Source: Emiliania huxleyi CCMP1516
Lineage: Eukaryota
Direction: 5' to 3'
NCBI RefSeq assembly: GCF_000372725.1
Contig: NW_005201092.1
Span: 656,564-720,563 of the forward strand
Length of the DNA: 64,000 nt
The translations under genes were made by a program, and so were the position numbers. A model generated the notes under the pieces. The model was not told the DNA's origin. It worked only from the letters and a program-made list of their open reading frames with translations, and ran no database searches. This document shows, piece by piece, positions 12,284-22,954 of the stretch. Position 1 is the stretch's first letter. Each line of letters begins with the position of its first letter.

Positions 12284-12358
12284 AGCGCAGTTGGCAACCT
12301 CACATCCACCTGCCGCGAAATTCTTTTAGTGCCAGTGCGCGCCAGTCCCGTGCCTAGT

Positions 12359-12386
12359 AAAGAAAGAAAGAAAGAAAACGGACAAC
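12359..12386 (-). mobile_element. 28-bp ultra-truncated LINE 3' end
   Basis: AAAGAAAGAAAGAAAGAAAACGGACAAC flanked by the 13-bp TSD TCCCGTGCCTAGT (12346-12358, 12387-12399). Confidence 0.75.
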
Positions 12387-12458
12387 TCCCGTGCCTAGTG
12401 TGGTGCGCCACGCGTCAGAAACTTCTTTTTTTGCCTCACAACCGCTCCGCTCTCCGCG

Positions 12459-15152
12459 ATGCTCACGCCACCGCGGCGGAGCTCGCCGGACGACAGACGA
12501 CCTGCCACCTTGTCAACCAGCCGTCGTTCCTCGTCTTCGATAACTCCAGAGCAGGCCGACCAACTCCGCAACGCGTCGGCGCTCCTCGGCGGCGCTCCGC
12601 TGGCCGCCTCTGCCACGTCACTCGACTTCCAGGAGCTCGGATCCGCCATGGCGGCCCTGGGCTACAAGGTCAAGAGCAGCGAGCTGCGCAAGGTGCTGTG
12701 CGATGGCGGTTCCGCTCCGGGGGCGGCAGCGCCAGCAGAGTACGGCCGATTCGCGCCGCCGGCCGATGGCGGCACCGCCGCCAGCCAGCGGAGAGGTGAG
12801 GCGCCGCACGACGCAGTTGCGGCCGTTGCCTGGGCCCAGGCCCGGCTGCGCTCGCACACACCGCCGCACGCCTCGCCGCACGCGCCGCTGTCAGCTGGGA
12901 GCGAGCGGGCCGGCCAGCAATGGCCTGCGCAGCGGGCGCCGGCCGCAGACTCTAGGAAGGAGGCCTTCCTGGAGTGGGCGGAGGCGCGCTGCCCGATCCT
13001 CAGTCCGACTGGCGGGAGGGCGGACCCGACGGACCGGTACCCATCAGCCTGCTGCCCTGCCGCCAGCCACCTTCCCGCCCGCCACCCTCCGGCGCCATCC
13101 ACTCTTCTGTCCGCCAACTGCCCTCCTCCCACCTGCCCTCCTGCCGCCGCCTGTCCTCCTCCCGCCGCCTGCTCCAGGGCCGGCGAGGGCGGCCGGAGCC
13201 CTCCACTCGCCCTCGACCCCTCCGCCGCACACCTCTCCTCCCCCCCCACCACAAGCAGCTCCGCCGCAGCCTCCGCCGCCTCCGCCTCCTCGTCCGCCGC
13301 CGCCGCCGCCGCCGCCGCCACTACCGCCGCCGCCGCCGCCTCGGCCGCCGCCGCCTCCGCCTCGGTCGCATCGTCGGCCGCCGTCGCCGTCGCCGCCTCG
13401 TCGCCCCCGCCATGGCCGCCGCTTTCCTCTCCGCCTCCGGACGGCGACGGCGGCGCGCGGGGCAGAGCGGGGCGGGCCACCGTCGCCGCCTCCTCGGCCG
13501 CCTCTGCCGCCCTGGACCCCGCCCTCTCCGCGCCGCTGGCCACGCCTCCCGCGGCCTGTGCGGCGCAGCTGCGTGCCGTCTCTACCGCTGGGCACCCCTT
13601 TCTAGATGCCACCCCTCGAGATGCCACTCCGCTGATGCCACCCCTCTGGACACACATGCGCGGCGGGAGACTCTCTCCGACAGACTCTCTCCGACACAGA
13701 GGCCCTCTTTGCTGGCGTGCAGTCCACCACACGCCGCGCCACTCGCTCTCGCCTCGACCCTCGCTCTCGCCTCGACCCTCGCTCTCGCCTCGACCCTCGC
13801 TCTCGCCTCGACCCTCGCTCTCGCCTCGACCCTCGCTCTCGCCTCGACCCTCGCTCTCGCCTCGACCCTCGCTCTCGCCTCGACCCTCGCTCTCGCCTCG
13901 ACCCTCGCTCTCGCCTCGACCCTCGCTCTCGCCTCGACCCTCGCTCTCGCCTCGACCCTCGCTCTCGCCTCGACCCTCGCTCTCGCCTCGACCCTCGCTC
14001 TCGCCTCGACCCTCGCTCTCGCCTCGACCCTGCCTCGCCGTGCCCCCAGCTCGCTCCACACGCGTCTCCCTTCCCCTTTGGCAGGCGCGGTGGCGGCCTA
14101 TCCGCAGGCAGCCCCCCCCTCGGGCGGCCCAACCCTGTAGCACCTCAATTCCAAGCTCCGGCCCCTATCCGCAGGCAGCCCCCCCTCGGGCGGCCCAACC
14201 CTGTGGGACGACGAGCGGGCGGGAGGGCGAGGGAGAGCCGCGTAGATGCGGGAGACGGACCTCTGTACAGCAAAGCACGCCTTACTCCGCTGTTCCGAGC
14301 TGTCTCTCCGCCGGATTCGTGGCCCGTGTGTTCGCGCGATCGCCTCGAGACACGGAACGGTTGTGCCGTGCTCGCGGCCCGACTCTTTGAGATGTTTCTC
14401 GGTGGCGTAGGTCCCTGCCCCTCCCCTCTCTGCCTGCCGCCCTGCCCAGACTGCGCGGGCTCTCCTCCCCTCCGTGGACGGCCCCCTCGCTGGCGCCGCG
14501 GCAGCGCCCTCTCCTCGCGGAGGCGCAGTTGCGCTGGGCGGAGCGGGCGGTGCGGTCGGCGTGGGTGCGGTGGGAGGAGTGGCGGGTCCGCCGGCGGGGG
14601 AAGGTAGATGCCGCGAGAGCTAGCCCCGTCGTACTCTCGCCCCTCGGCCCTGCGCACCTCCTCTCCACGCGTCCCGACTTCACCCGCACGGTGCCGCATC
14701 GACCAGCCGGTCTCGACCCTCGTCTGCTTGCCACTATTGCCACTAGGCTCGGGACTCGCCACAGCCTCGCGCGGCGGCACCTCGCCGCCGCGCGGCAGTG
14801 GGCCGCCCACAGCGACGTGGCGCGGTGGCGGCGCGCCGCGGCGCAGGCTCGCGCCCTCGCCGAGACCACTCTCCGTATCGAGACGCGCCGGCGGCAAGGC
14901 GAGGCGCGGCGCGCGCTGCGGGCCTGGCGGCGCGCGCACTCGGCCGCGTGGCTAGTGTGCCTCGAGGCGGCGCGCGCCTACGCCGCGGCGAGGCTGCTGC
15001 ACGCCCACTTCGGTCCGTGGCGGCGGGAGGCGGCGGCGCGGGCGGCAGAGCGCGACGCCGCGTTGCGCAAGGCGAGCGCGTTTCGCCGCTGGTGGATTGG
15101 CGCCTCCGTCCAGCGAGGCGTCGGCTCGTGCACCACGACGGTGACTCTGTGA
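12459..15152 (+). CDS. Hypothetical multi-exon protein: N-terminal centrin-like EF-hand segment, C-terminal Trp/Arg-rich Sfi1-like repeats
   Basis: [12 protein letters not shown]...[26 protein letters not shown] resembles a centrin/CaM N-lobe. 14529-15152 has regularly spaced W in Ala/Arg helices ([21 protein letters not shown]). Exon structure uncertain. Confidence 0.45.
13742..14029. repeat. 18-bp tandem repeat (CTCGCTCTCGCCTCGACC)x16
   Basis: Directly visible perfect array. Confidence 0.95.
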
Positions 15153-15367
15153 GAGCGACCCTCTAGCCCTACTACCCAACCATTACGGGCGCCTCCACAG
15201 TCCACATCTCTCACACTGGAGCTCGCCCCGCACGCCCCCCCTCGCGAGACGCAGAGCGCTGGGTGGACTCATCATAAACACACGAGACACGGACGCGCGC
15301 AATATCACCGGCCAAAGAAACAGCTGAGAAGTCCGCAGGCCGCGCCGCGCGACGCGCCGCACCCTCC

Positions 15368-15443
15368 GCCCCGGCAGGGCATCGGTCGTGCTCACAGGGA
15401 GAGGGCCCCTGTTTCCGAGCGACGACAGTCATAGACGCCGGAG
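15368..15443 (-). promoter_or_regulatory. Type II SECIS element in the 3' UTR of the SelT gene
   Basis: Minus strand reads CCGGC..ATGAC TGTCGTCGCTCG GAAA CAGGG GCCCTCT CCCTG TGAGCACGAC CGAT..GCCGG: AUGA/GA core, helix II, apical AAA, mini-stem. Confidence 0.85.
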
Positions 15444-15494
15444 CGGGCGGGTGCGGCGCTAAGCCGGCGGCGCGTGCGCGGCAGCAGGCGCCCC

Positions 15495-16067
15495 TTAGAG
15501 CTCGTCGCGCAGCGGATCGTCGTCGCCACCCACGGGCGCGGCGTCGGCGGCGCCACTGAGGCCCGGGCGCGGCGACGCGGCCGCCGCGCTCGCGACGTTG
15601 GCCTTGAGCTCCTCCAGGGAGGGGAAGCGGCCTGTCTCAAGCTTAGACCAGCACGGCTCGGGCGCGGCGCCGGGCGCGGCGGCGTAGGTCACCTCGAAGG
15701 CGCCCGTGTTGATGAGCTTGCCCGCAGCGATGTTCATCCCGAAGAGCGTGCCGTATGTCATCATCGGGTTGGACGTCATTGTGTTTGCAATCTGCTCCGG
15801 GAGGAAGCTCTTGCCCACGAACGAGAGCATGAGGCCGCCAAAGAAGCCGAGCTGCAGCACCTGCGCCAGCCCGACGCGGAGGTCGCCCGGGTGATGCACG
15901 TCGCCCTTGAGCTGCACGTTCGGGTATTCGCGTTTCAGAGCGCGGCCATAGTCCTCGGCCGCCTTCTTGTACCCTCAGCTCATGCAAAAGCGAACGTCCA
16001 CGACGCCGTCCACCGCGGCAGACTGGGCCGCGGCGAGAGGAAGGGCCAGGAGCAGCATCGGGGACAT
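15495..16067 (-). CDS. SELENOT: Selenoprotein T (Rdx family, CxxU), ER-targeted; UGA at 15975-15977 = Sec
   Basis: MSPMLLLALPLAAAQ signal peptide, VDVRFCMSUGYKK, central hydrophobic insert, NTGAFEV...WSKLETGRFP, C-terminal RDEL, SECIS downstream. Confidence 0.92.
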
Positions 16068-16291
16068 GGACAGCAAGGTGCGCGGGCCGTGCGCCGCTCT
16101 CTTCGCAAGAAATCGACGGGCCTTGGGTGTTTTCCCTCTCTCTGGAAGAAAAGAAATTTTCGGGCATGGGGCGCCGCCGGAGCCAGATTGAGCGCATCCC
16201 TCTCCCCTCCCCGGCTCGCGCCTGACCGGTGCGGCCTCCGAGTCGATTGTGCAGGGCGCGAGAACCCAAAGGTTGTGAAATCGGCTCTAGC

Positions 16292-18119
16292 ATGAACCGC
16301 GCCGCGCCGCCGCTCGACTTTGGGCCGAGGAACCCATTCTGCCCGCCGCCGCTCGACGCCGCGCTCGGCAGTCAGGTGAGTCCCGAGTTCCAGTGGCAGG
16401 CCGCTCGCATGCCGCCGCTCTCGCGCAGCCTGCTCCTCTTCGGCGACGATCCGGGCAGCGTCGACCCGGCCGAGCTCGTAAACGAGCTGCGGCTCGATCT
16501 CTCGACGGCCGAGGATGTGCGCCGCGCCCTCGGCGCGCGCGGCGACGAGGCGGTCTTGCGCTCGCCGGCCGTGCTCCCGCCGGCTGCGTGTGAGGCCCTC
16601 CGGAACGCCGTCAGCACCGAGAGCCAGCAGAAGGCGGACACGGTCGACGGCGCTCCCGACCACCAGCTCAACCTCAGCCGCGAGGAGCTCGAGTCGGCGA
16701 TCGGCCCGGAGGCGGCGGCGGCGCTGTGGAGTCTGCCAGCCTCCTTCCTCGGCGAGGCGGCGGACACGGCGCTGACCTCCGACGTGGAGATCTTTGTCCG
16801 CCGGTACACGCCGGCGACGAGGCCCCGTGGAGCCCTAGATGCGGACGAGACCGTCCGTGACTTGCCCCGAGAGGGGCCTTGCGCAGAGAGCGACTGCACC
16901 ACGAGACTGTCCACGCCGCTGACTCTGTCTCCACGCCGCTGAGTCTGGTGGCTCCGCCCTCGACTCTGGTGGCTCCGCCCTCGCCCAGGCCGTGGAATCC
17001 GTTCCACACCGACTCGAGCCGGCTGACCATCAACGTGGCCCTCGACCCGCCCGGGAGGTACACGGGCGGCACGCTGCTCGGCTGCTTCGACGCGCAGGTG
17101 GTGCCCCTCCCGCGGCTCTGTCTCGGGCGTAGCTCGGGTGTATCTCGGGTGCATCTCGGGTGCATCTCTGGTGCATCTCGGGTGCATCTCGGGTGCTTCG
17201 ACGCGGCAGGTGCGGCCCCTCCCGCGCGGCGAGGGCGACGCGACCACGCACGAGAGCACGCTGCTGCACGGCGTGTCTACAGCCGAGACGTAGCCGAGAC
17301 GTAGCCGAGACGTAGCCGAGACGTAGCCGAGACGTAGCCGAGACGTAGCCGAGACGTAGCCGAGACGTAGCCGAGACGTAGCCGAGACGTAGCCGAGATG
17401 TACCACGCGAGAAGGCTGCTGCACGGCATTTCGCAGCTTCGGGTCCCTTCCCGGTCCCTTCCCGGACCCTTCGCTGGCCCTTCTTTGACCCGTCTCGAGG
17501 CCTTCTCGGGACCCTTCTCGGACCCTTCCCAGAGCCGTCCTTCAGGCGTCTCGCAGCTCACCTCCGGGGCCCGCCACGCTCTCGTTGTCTTCCTCGGCCG
17601 TGCGCGGCCGGCCGCGCCGGCGACGCCGCCGCTCGACGACACGCAGAGGCCACGAGGAGCCCTTCCCGCAGCTTGCTTCGGGCGGACCTGTAGGCGACAG
17701 AGCTGCTCGACGATACGGAGCGGCTGGCGGAGGCGAGCGCGCTGGCGGGCCTGATGGCGGACGAGCCCTTCCTCGAGCGGTGCGGCGCGCTGCTCGCCGG
17801 CGCCGCCGGGCCCGCAGCCGCCGCCGCGAAGGCCGACCGGCTGAGGGAGCAGTACCGCGGACTGGTCGCCGCTGCGTCGCGGCGGCGGCTCGGCGCCGAG
17901 CGGCCAGAGCTGGCGGTGGGCGTGATCGTCGCGGCGCTCGTGGAGCACTACGCGGCCCCACACTTGCGGCCGACCAGCGTGCTCAAGCGGCGAGGCGCTG
18001 GCGAAGGGGAGGAGGGGGGCGATGACGCGTCGGCGTGCTGGTCGCTCCGCGCTTTGTTGAGCTACGCCGAGGAGACCATCGGGGCGCTGCCCCCGCCCCC
18101 GACGAGCGACGTGACGTGA
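16292..18119 (+). CDS. 2-oxoglutarate/Fe(II) oxygenase (P4H/PKHD-like), multi-exon
   Basis: IFVRRY...PFHTDSSRLTINVAL...YTGGTL...GDATTHESTLLHGVSQLTSGARHALVVF gives HxD...H...R. Confidence 0.8.
17281..17398. repeat. Intronic 11-bp tandem repeat (AGCCGAGACGT)x~10.7
   Basis: Directly visible. Confidence 0.95.
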
Positions 18120-18445
18120 GGTGTCCGTCTGCGCGCGCGAGTACCGGTGCCGAGTAGTCGGTCGGCGGCTGAGTTTCAGTTTGCAGCAAAAAAAAGACTA
18201 CTACCAAGAGGAATAGAGGTTTTGCGTCTCGTGAAATTTAAACGCAGGTCGGTAGAGGTACGCACTTGTAGCGTATGAGCACATGTAGCATGTGCATGTG
18301 CATGTGCACTGCAGCGAGGCGCGCGCGGAGCATGAACACTGAGCATGCCGCATGCCCTTGCGCGATATGCGGACTGGGTGGATGGTGGAGTAGGAGATGA
18401 GAGTCGAGATACACAGCACACGAGGTCACGAGTAGCGACAGGAGC

Positions 18446-18937
18446 TTATGCCATGGACAGGTCGTCATGCCGGCTACGTTCTAAGAGTGGCCTCAGATCG
18501 GACGCGCGGACAAAGGCGCGCGGCGGGTAGAGGCAGACGAAGATAGACAACGCGAGGAGAAGGAGGCAGGCCATGGCGAGGTGGGAGGCGCGGAGATCGA
18601 AGCGGCACACCAGCTTGGCGTGCGGCCGGCTCGGGTGCCGGTTGTCGATGACACCCGCCATCGTGTACAGAAAGTCGCGGCCCTCCTCTCCTGCCGTCCC
18701 GAAGCTCGTGTCCATATCGCAGAACATCATCATCCAGGTCACGCCGCCCGCCGGAGCGGCCTCCTCGACGAACCACGTGTGCGAAGGGTGCATCGCAATG
18801 GAAGGTGGACTTTGTCTGCCTGCCTGCTTGCCTGCTTGCCAGGCCTCCGCCAGAACATCAGGCGTTGCGGGGAGATCACGGCTGCTGGCTCCGACCGCTG
18901 GCAGCAACATAGCGAGCAGTGCGGTGTGTCGAGCCAT
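18446..18937 (-). CDS. Hypothetical small protein with signal peptide and one TM helix
   Basis: 163-aa ATG ORF with a hydrophobic N-terminus and LAMACLLLLALSIFVCLY. Confidence 0.5.
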   Translation of the reverse strand: MARHTALLAMLLPAVGASSRDLPATPDVLAEAWQAGKQAGRQSPPSIAMHPSHTWFVEEAAPAGGVTWMMMFCDMDTSFGTAGEEGRDFLYTMAGVIDNRHPSRPHAKLVCRFDLRASHLAMACLLLLALSIFVCLYPPRAFVRASDLRPLLERSRHDDLSMA

Positions 18938-19165
18938 GAGTGGCAGCTGGGCTCTGAGGCGCGGCTCTGGGGCGCGGCTCTGGTGTGGGCGGCAGCCTGC
19001 CCCCGGCGCGGTGGCTGAGCTCGTTGATCACCCGTCGCGTTGCCCAGGCGCTTTTTTTGGCTGTGATCAACAAAAGAATTCCGGGGGTCGCCGCCTAAGC
19101 GACTCCTGCGAGGACCAAAAGAATTCTTAAAAGAAGCCTCTCTCACAGCAAAAACTCCCACAAAA

Positions 19166-20431
19166 CTAAAGAATCTCGGCACCTCGCTCATGTGGAAGGC
19201 AGCGCGCTTCAGGTGTGGGAAGTGTCAAGGCAGGCGCCAAGGCAGGCGCAGTGCCGAGGTCGAGGCGCGAGGTGCTGGCGCCCGCCGGCTGGAAAAAGGG
19301 TGGCGCTGCCAGACCGTTTCCGCTGAAGAAGCTGGCGCTCGAGTTGGCAACCCAGCGACGGGTTGGCGGCGATGTGTACGCCACTGGCAGAGCGTTGGGC
19401 ACGCACGCCGCCCGGCCCTGCTCCCGCGGCGGCGGCCTCAGCCCGGCCTCGGACTGCGCCGGCGCCAGCGGCATTGGGAAGCGCATCGGCCGAAGATCAT
19501 GGCGGAGCTCCACCTCGGGCGGCGGTTTGGTGGGCGGCGGCGGTTTGGTGGACGGCCGCTTGCGTACCTTCATCGCGCCAACGTTGCGCAGGTGCGCTAT
19601 CACCTCCGTCGCGCCCTTGGCCTCGATGCCAAGCTGTGAAAGATTCCGCTGCTGACTGCGCACCCACCGGTTGCGGCAGCCCGATTCGGTGCGGCCGGGC
19701 AGCATCGCCGCGACCGCCTTCCAGCGCAGGCCGCCGATGCGGACGGCGCGGTCGATGAGTGCATCCTCCTCAGGCGTCCAACTTCCGTGCCGGCCCTCGT
19801 CCGCCAGCGCCGGCGCGGCGACCTCCTCGACGGAGATGCTCGTCGACGAGCACGACACCTGACTTCCGGCAGAGTAGCGCCGCTGCTCGCCTGCGTTGAC
19901 GGGCGCGCTGCCCGCTCGCTGCAAGGGTACCGAGGCCGACCGACCGACGGCCAGGCCCCGAGTGACTCCGGCCCGCCGCTGAGCCTTGCGCTGCAGCCGG
20001 TGTAAATTGCGAACCGAGTCGTCAGAGCGCTCGTCGCCCGGCAGCTGTTCGGCGATGCGCGAGCAGTACTTGTGCGCGCTCGTTTCGATGATCTGGTCCT
20101 CCTCTGGGGTCCACGGGTGCTTGCTGCCCGAGGGGCGCCGTGGCCGCTTGCCGCTTCCAGACGACGTTGACACAACGGTCTCTTCGTCCGAGCCGTAGGA
20201 GAATCGGCTGTTGTCGCCATCGCTGTCCTCGACGGCCGATGACATCCATAGCCCAAGCGTGTCCAATGCTGACAGCGTCAGCGGCTCGAGGACGTCAGGC
20301 TGCTGGGCTGGGGAGGGCGCGTGCTGGGGCATGGCGTTCTGCACAGCAATCAGCGTTTCGAAATCGTGCATCGCCTCGTCGCCACTCTCGGGCTGCTGGC
20401 ACAGGAGCGAGGGGAAGATGTGATCTGCCAT
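19166..20431 (-). CDS. Myb/SANT-domain transcription factor
   Basis: KHPWTPEEDQII (degenerate repeat) and GSWTPEEDALI...WKAVAAMLPGRTESGCRNRW. Confidence 0.85.
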   Translation of the reverse strand: MADHIFPSLLCQQPESGDEAMHDFETLIAVQNAMPQHAPSPAQQPDVLEPLTLSALDTLGLWMSSAVEDSDGDNSRFSYGSDEETVVSTSSGSGKRPRRPSGSKHPWTPEEDQIIETSAHKYCSRIAEQLPGDERSDDSVRNLHRLQRKAQRRAGVTRGLAVGRSASVPLQRAGSAPVNAGEQRRYSAGSQVSCSSTSISVEEVAAPALADEGRHGSWTPEEDALIDRAVRIGGLRWKAVAAMLPGRTESGCRNRWVRSQQRNLSQLGIEAKGATEVIAHLRNVGAMKVRKRPSTKPPPPTKPPPEVELRHDLRPMRFPMPLAPAQSEAGLRPPPREQGRAACVPNALPVAYTSPPTRRWVANSSASFFSGNGLAAPPFFQPAGASTSRLDLGTAPALAPALTLPTPEARCLPHERGAEIL

Positions 20432-20897
20432 TGCGCGCTCGCTTTTCTTAAGAGGCGGTCGGTTTCAGTCGGGACGTGCGGGGACGTGCTTGTATGTCGA
20501 AGAATTGTCCAAGAATATCCATAAAAAGTGGTTTGCGTCTTTCGTTTGGAAATGTGGCGGATGCGCAAGATGTGCGCGCCTTGTGTTTGTTTGTCTGCAG
20601 TAGTGTGTGGTGCAGCTGCGAGGAATGCAATCATCCGGATCCCTGCTTGCTTGCAGGCGTGGGGCGGCGCCCGTCCATCCTGCGGCGCACGGCCGAGCAC
20701 TTTGAATCGTCACAAGGTAAATGATGAGGGACATATTCTCGACTGCGTCATGAGTAGGTAAATGATGAGTGAAACATACAACGTATGCAACATACCTAAA
20801 AAACGACTGCGACAACTGCAATAGGACATGTCTTGAACGCACGTGCTTGCCTTCCTACCTGTCCGTTAGTCGGGGCAACCGGGACGACGGAAGGACC

Positions 20898-22496
20898 ATG
20901 GCGCCTGCGTCCCTGCTCTGCGGGACCAGCTCCTGCACCGCGGCGGTCTGGGAACGCATGGCCGGCGATTACGCCTGCGGCGAGCGCATCCTCTGGCTGC
21001 AGTCGCCAGCGGGAGGCTCCTTGAGCGAAGCCGCTTCCTGCCGGCAGGTGGCGGGCGAGTATGCGGCCGAGTGCGGTGACTGCAACCCGCTGCTACCATC
21101 GCTGTCTCCCGAGCGCATCCTCTGGCTGCATTCGCCAGCGGGAGGCTCCTTGAGTGAGGCTGCCGCCTGCCGGCGGGTGGCGGGCGAGTATGCAGCCGAG
21201 TGCGGCGAGTGCATCCCAGAGGCGACAGAGCCGACACCTCCGAGCTCTGGCATCCGTGTCAGTGGGAGGAGCTTGCTCATCGGCGATGAGCCCTTCATCA
21301 TGAAGGGCGTTTGCTGGAACGCCGTGCCCCGTGGCGCCGTGCACCCGCCGTCCCCGAGGAACGAGCTCGCCCTTGCGACAATCGATGCTCCGTTGATGGC
21401 TGCGGCGGGTATCAACACGGTGCGCACATACACGACCGTCGCCTCAGTGGCGGTGCTCAATGCATTCTGGGCGCATGGCATCTATGTCGTCAACCCGATC
21501 AACCCGCTCGCCTCGGATTCCGACATCGACGCCGCCGTCGACGCAACGAAGGCGCATCCTGCACTGCTCATGTGGTCGCTCGGCAATGAGTGGAACTACA
21601 ATGGGCTCTACGTTGACCTGCCCCATGCCGAGTGCATCGAACGGATCGACGCCGCGGCGCGCCGGATCAAGGCCCGCGATGGTCACCCTGTGGTGAGCGT
21701 TTACGGCGAGGTGCCCAGCGCCGATACGGTCGTCGCCCTCAGCGCTATTGACGTCTGGGCGCTGAACGTCTATCGCTACGACAACTTTGGCGACCTGTTC
21801 GCCGTCTGGGCCGAACGGACCCCTTCCGCCGACAAGCCCATGTTCCTTGGCGAGTGGGGAGCGGACGCGTACAACTCGAATGGCAACGACGGCGCCGGAG
21901 CCGAGGACCAGCCCTCCCAGGCCGCGGCGACTACCACGCTCGGCGACCAGATCATCGCCAACCTGGTCCCGAACAACGGCGGCGGCGGCGGAGTATGCTT
22001 CGGCGGCGCGCTCTTCGAGTGGGCGGATGAGTGGTGGAAGGCGGGCAACGAGTGGCAGCACGACGTTGGCGGCACCGCTCCAGGCGGCGGCCCGTACCCC
22101 GACCGCACCTTCAACGAGGAGTGGTGGGGGCTAGTGGACGTTGAGCGCACTCCAAGGCTCGCCTACGCAGCCTACCGCGACCTCGTGTTCGGGAGCAATG
22201 CTGAGGCCGGCGCGCCTGCGCCGGCTGTGTCGCCACCGCCGTCACCGCCACCGCCACCGTCTCCTCCGCCGCCGTCACCGTCTCCACTGTCGCCGCCCCC
22301 ACCCTCGCCCCCCGCCCTCTGCGGGACCAGCTCCTGCACCGCGGCGGTCTGGGAACGCATGGCCGGCGACTACGCCTGCGGCGAGCGCATCCTCTGGCTG
22401 CAGTCGCCGGCGGGAGGCTCCTTGAGCGAGGCCGCTTCCTGCCGGCAGGTGGCGGGCATGGAGTACGCGGCCGAGTGCGGCGCGTGCAGCCCGTGA
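20898..22496 (+). CDS. Clan GH-A glycoside hydrolase (GH2 TIM-barrel-like) with three Cys-rich repeat modules; intronless
   Basis: AGINTVRTY, LLMWSLGNEWNY (acid/base), KPMFLGEWGAD (nucleophile), FEWADEWWK, NEEWWGL. The module LCGTSSCTAAVWERMAGDYACGERILWLQS...CRQVAGEYAAECG occurs at both ends. Confidence 0.85.
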   Translation: MAPASLLCGTSSCTAAVWERMAGDYACGERILWLQSPAGGSLSEAASCRQVAGEYAAECGDCNPLLPSLSPERILWLHSPAGGSLSEAAACRRVAGEYAAECGECIPEATEPTPPSSGIRVSGRSLLIGDEPFIMKGVCWNAVPRGAVHPPSPRNELALATIDAPLMAAAGINTVRTYTTVASVAVLNAFWAHGIYVVNPINPLASDSDIDAAVDATKAHPALLMWSLGNEWNYNGLYVDLPHAECIERIDAAARRIKARDGHPVVSVYGEVPSADTVVALSAIDVWALNVYRYDNFGDLFAVWAERTPSADKPMFLGEWGADAYNSNGNDGAGAEDQPSQAAATTTLGDQIIANLVPNNGGGGGVCFGGALFEWADEWWKAGNEWQHDVGGTAPGGGPYPDRTFNEEWWGLVDVERTPRLAYAAYRDLVFGSNAEAGAPAPAVSPPPSPPPPPSPPPPSPSPLSPPPPSPPALCGTSSCTAAVWERMAGDYACGERILWLQSPAGGSLSEAASCRQVAGMEYAAECGACSP

Positions 22497-22954
22497 AGCG
22501 CGGTTGGGGGAGCTAGGGACGGGGTGCTTGGAGGAGAGACGCCTTTGCCAGTGCAGGTGCGCTGCTCCGAGGCGGCGGCCGCCGCAGCAGCATCGAGCCG
22601 GACGACGCGGCGCGCACTAACGCGTGCCACCGTATCCATACGTGTAGTATGTGCATACCCCTCGAGCGCGGATGTCTATACGCGTGCGCGTCAGTATCGA
22701 GGCTACCGGGCGCCGGGGGCGTTGGGCGTTGCGCGTGTGTGCTGCCCCGCGCCGTTCGGCGCGCTCTCGATGAGAGAACGCGGAACGGTTCCCAGAACGC
22801 TCTCTCTCTCGGCGACTGTGAGACTGAGAGCGATCGAGTTTCAAAGAAAACTGCACTCTGCGCGCCCCCCCGCGGCCCGCTCGAGCCCGGCCCCCCGCCC
22901 CGCGCCACGGGTCTCGGGTGGTCTCTCCCGCGACAGTATTTCCTGTAATTAATA

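Noticed and set aside
13742..14029. Regular repeat arrays (also 17281 and 55100) as CRISPR
   Set aside because: Head-to-tail units with no spacers and no cas genes, in a eukaryotic context.
16292..18119. 2OG-Fe(II) oxygenases (also 57843-59114) as TET/JBP partners of the aGPT-Pplase-like gene
   Set aside because: Their motifs are P4H/PKHD-like rather than TET/JBP, and they are not adjacent to it.
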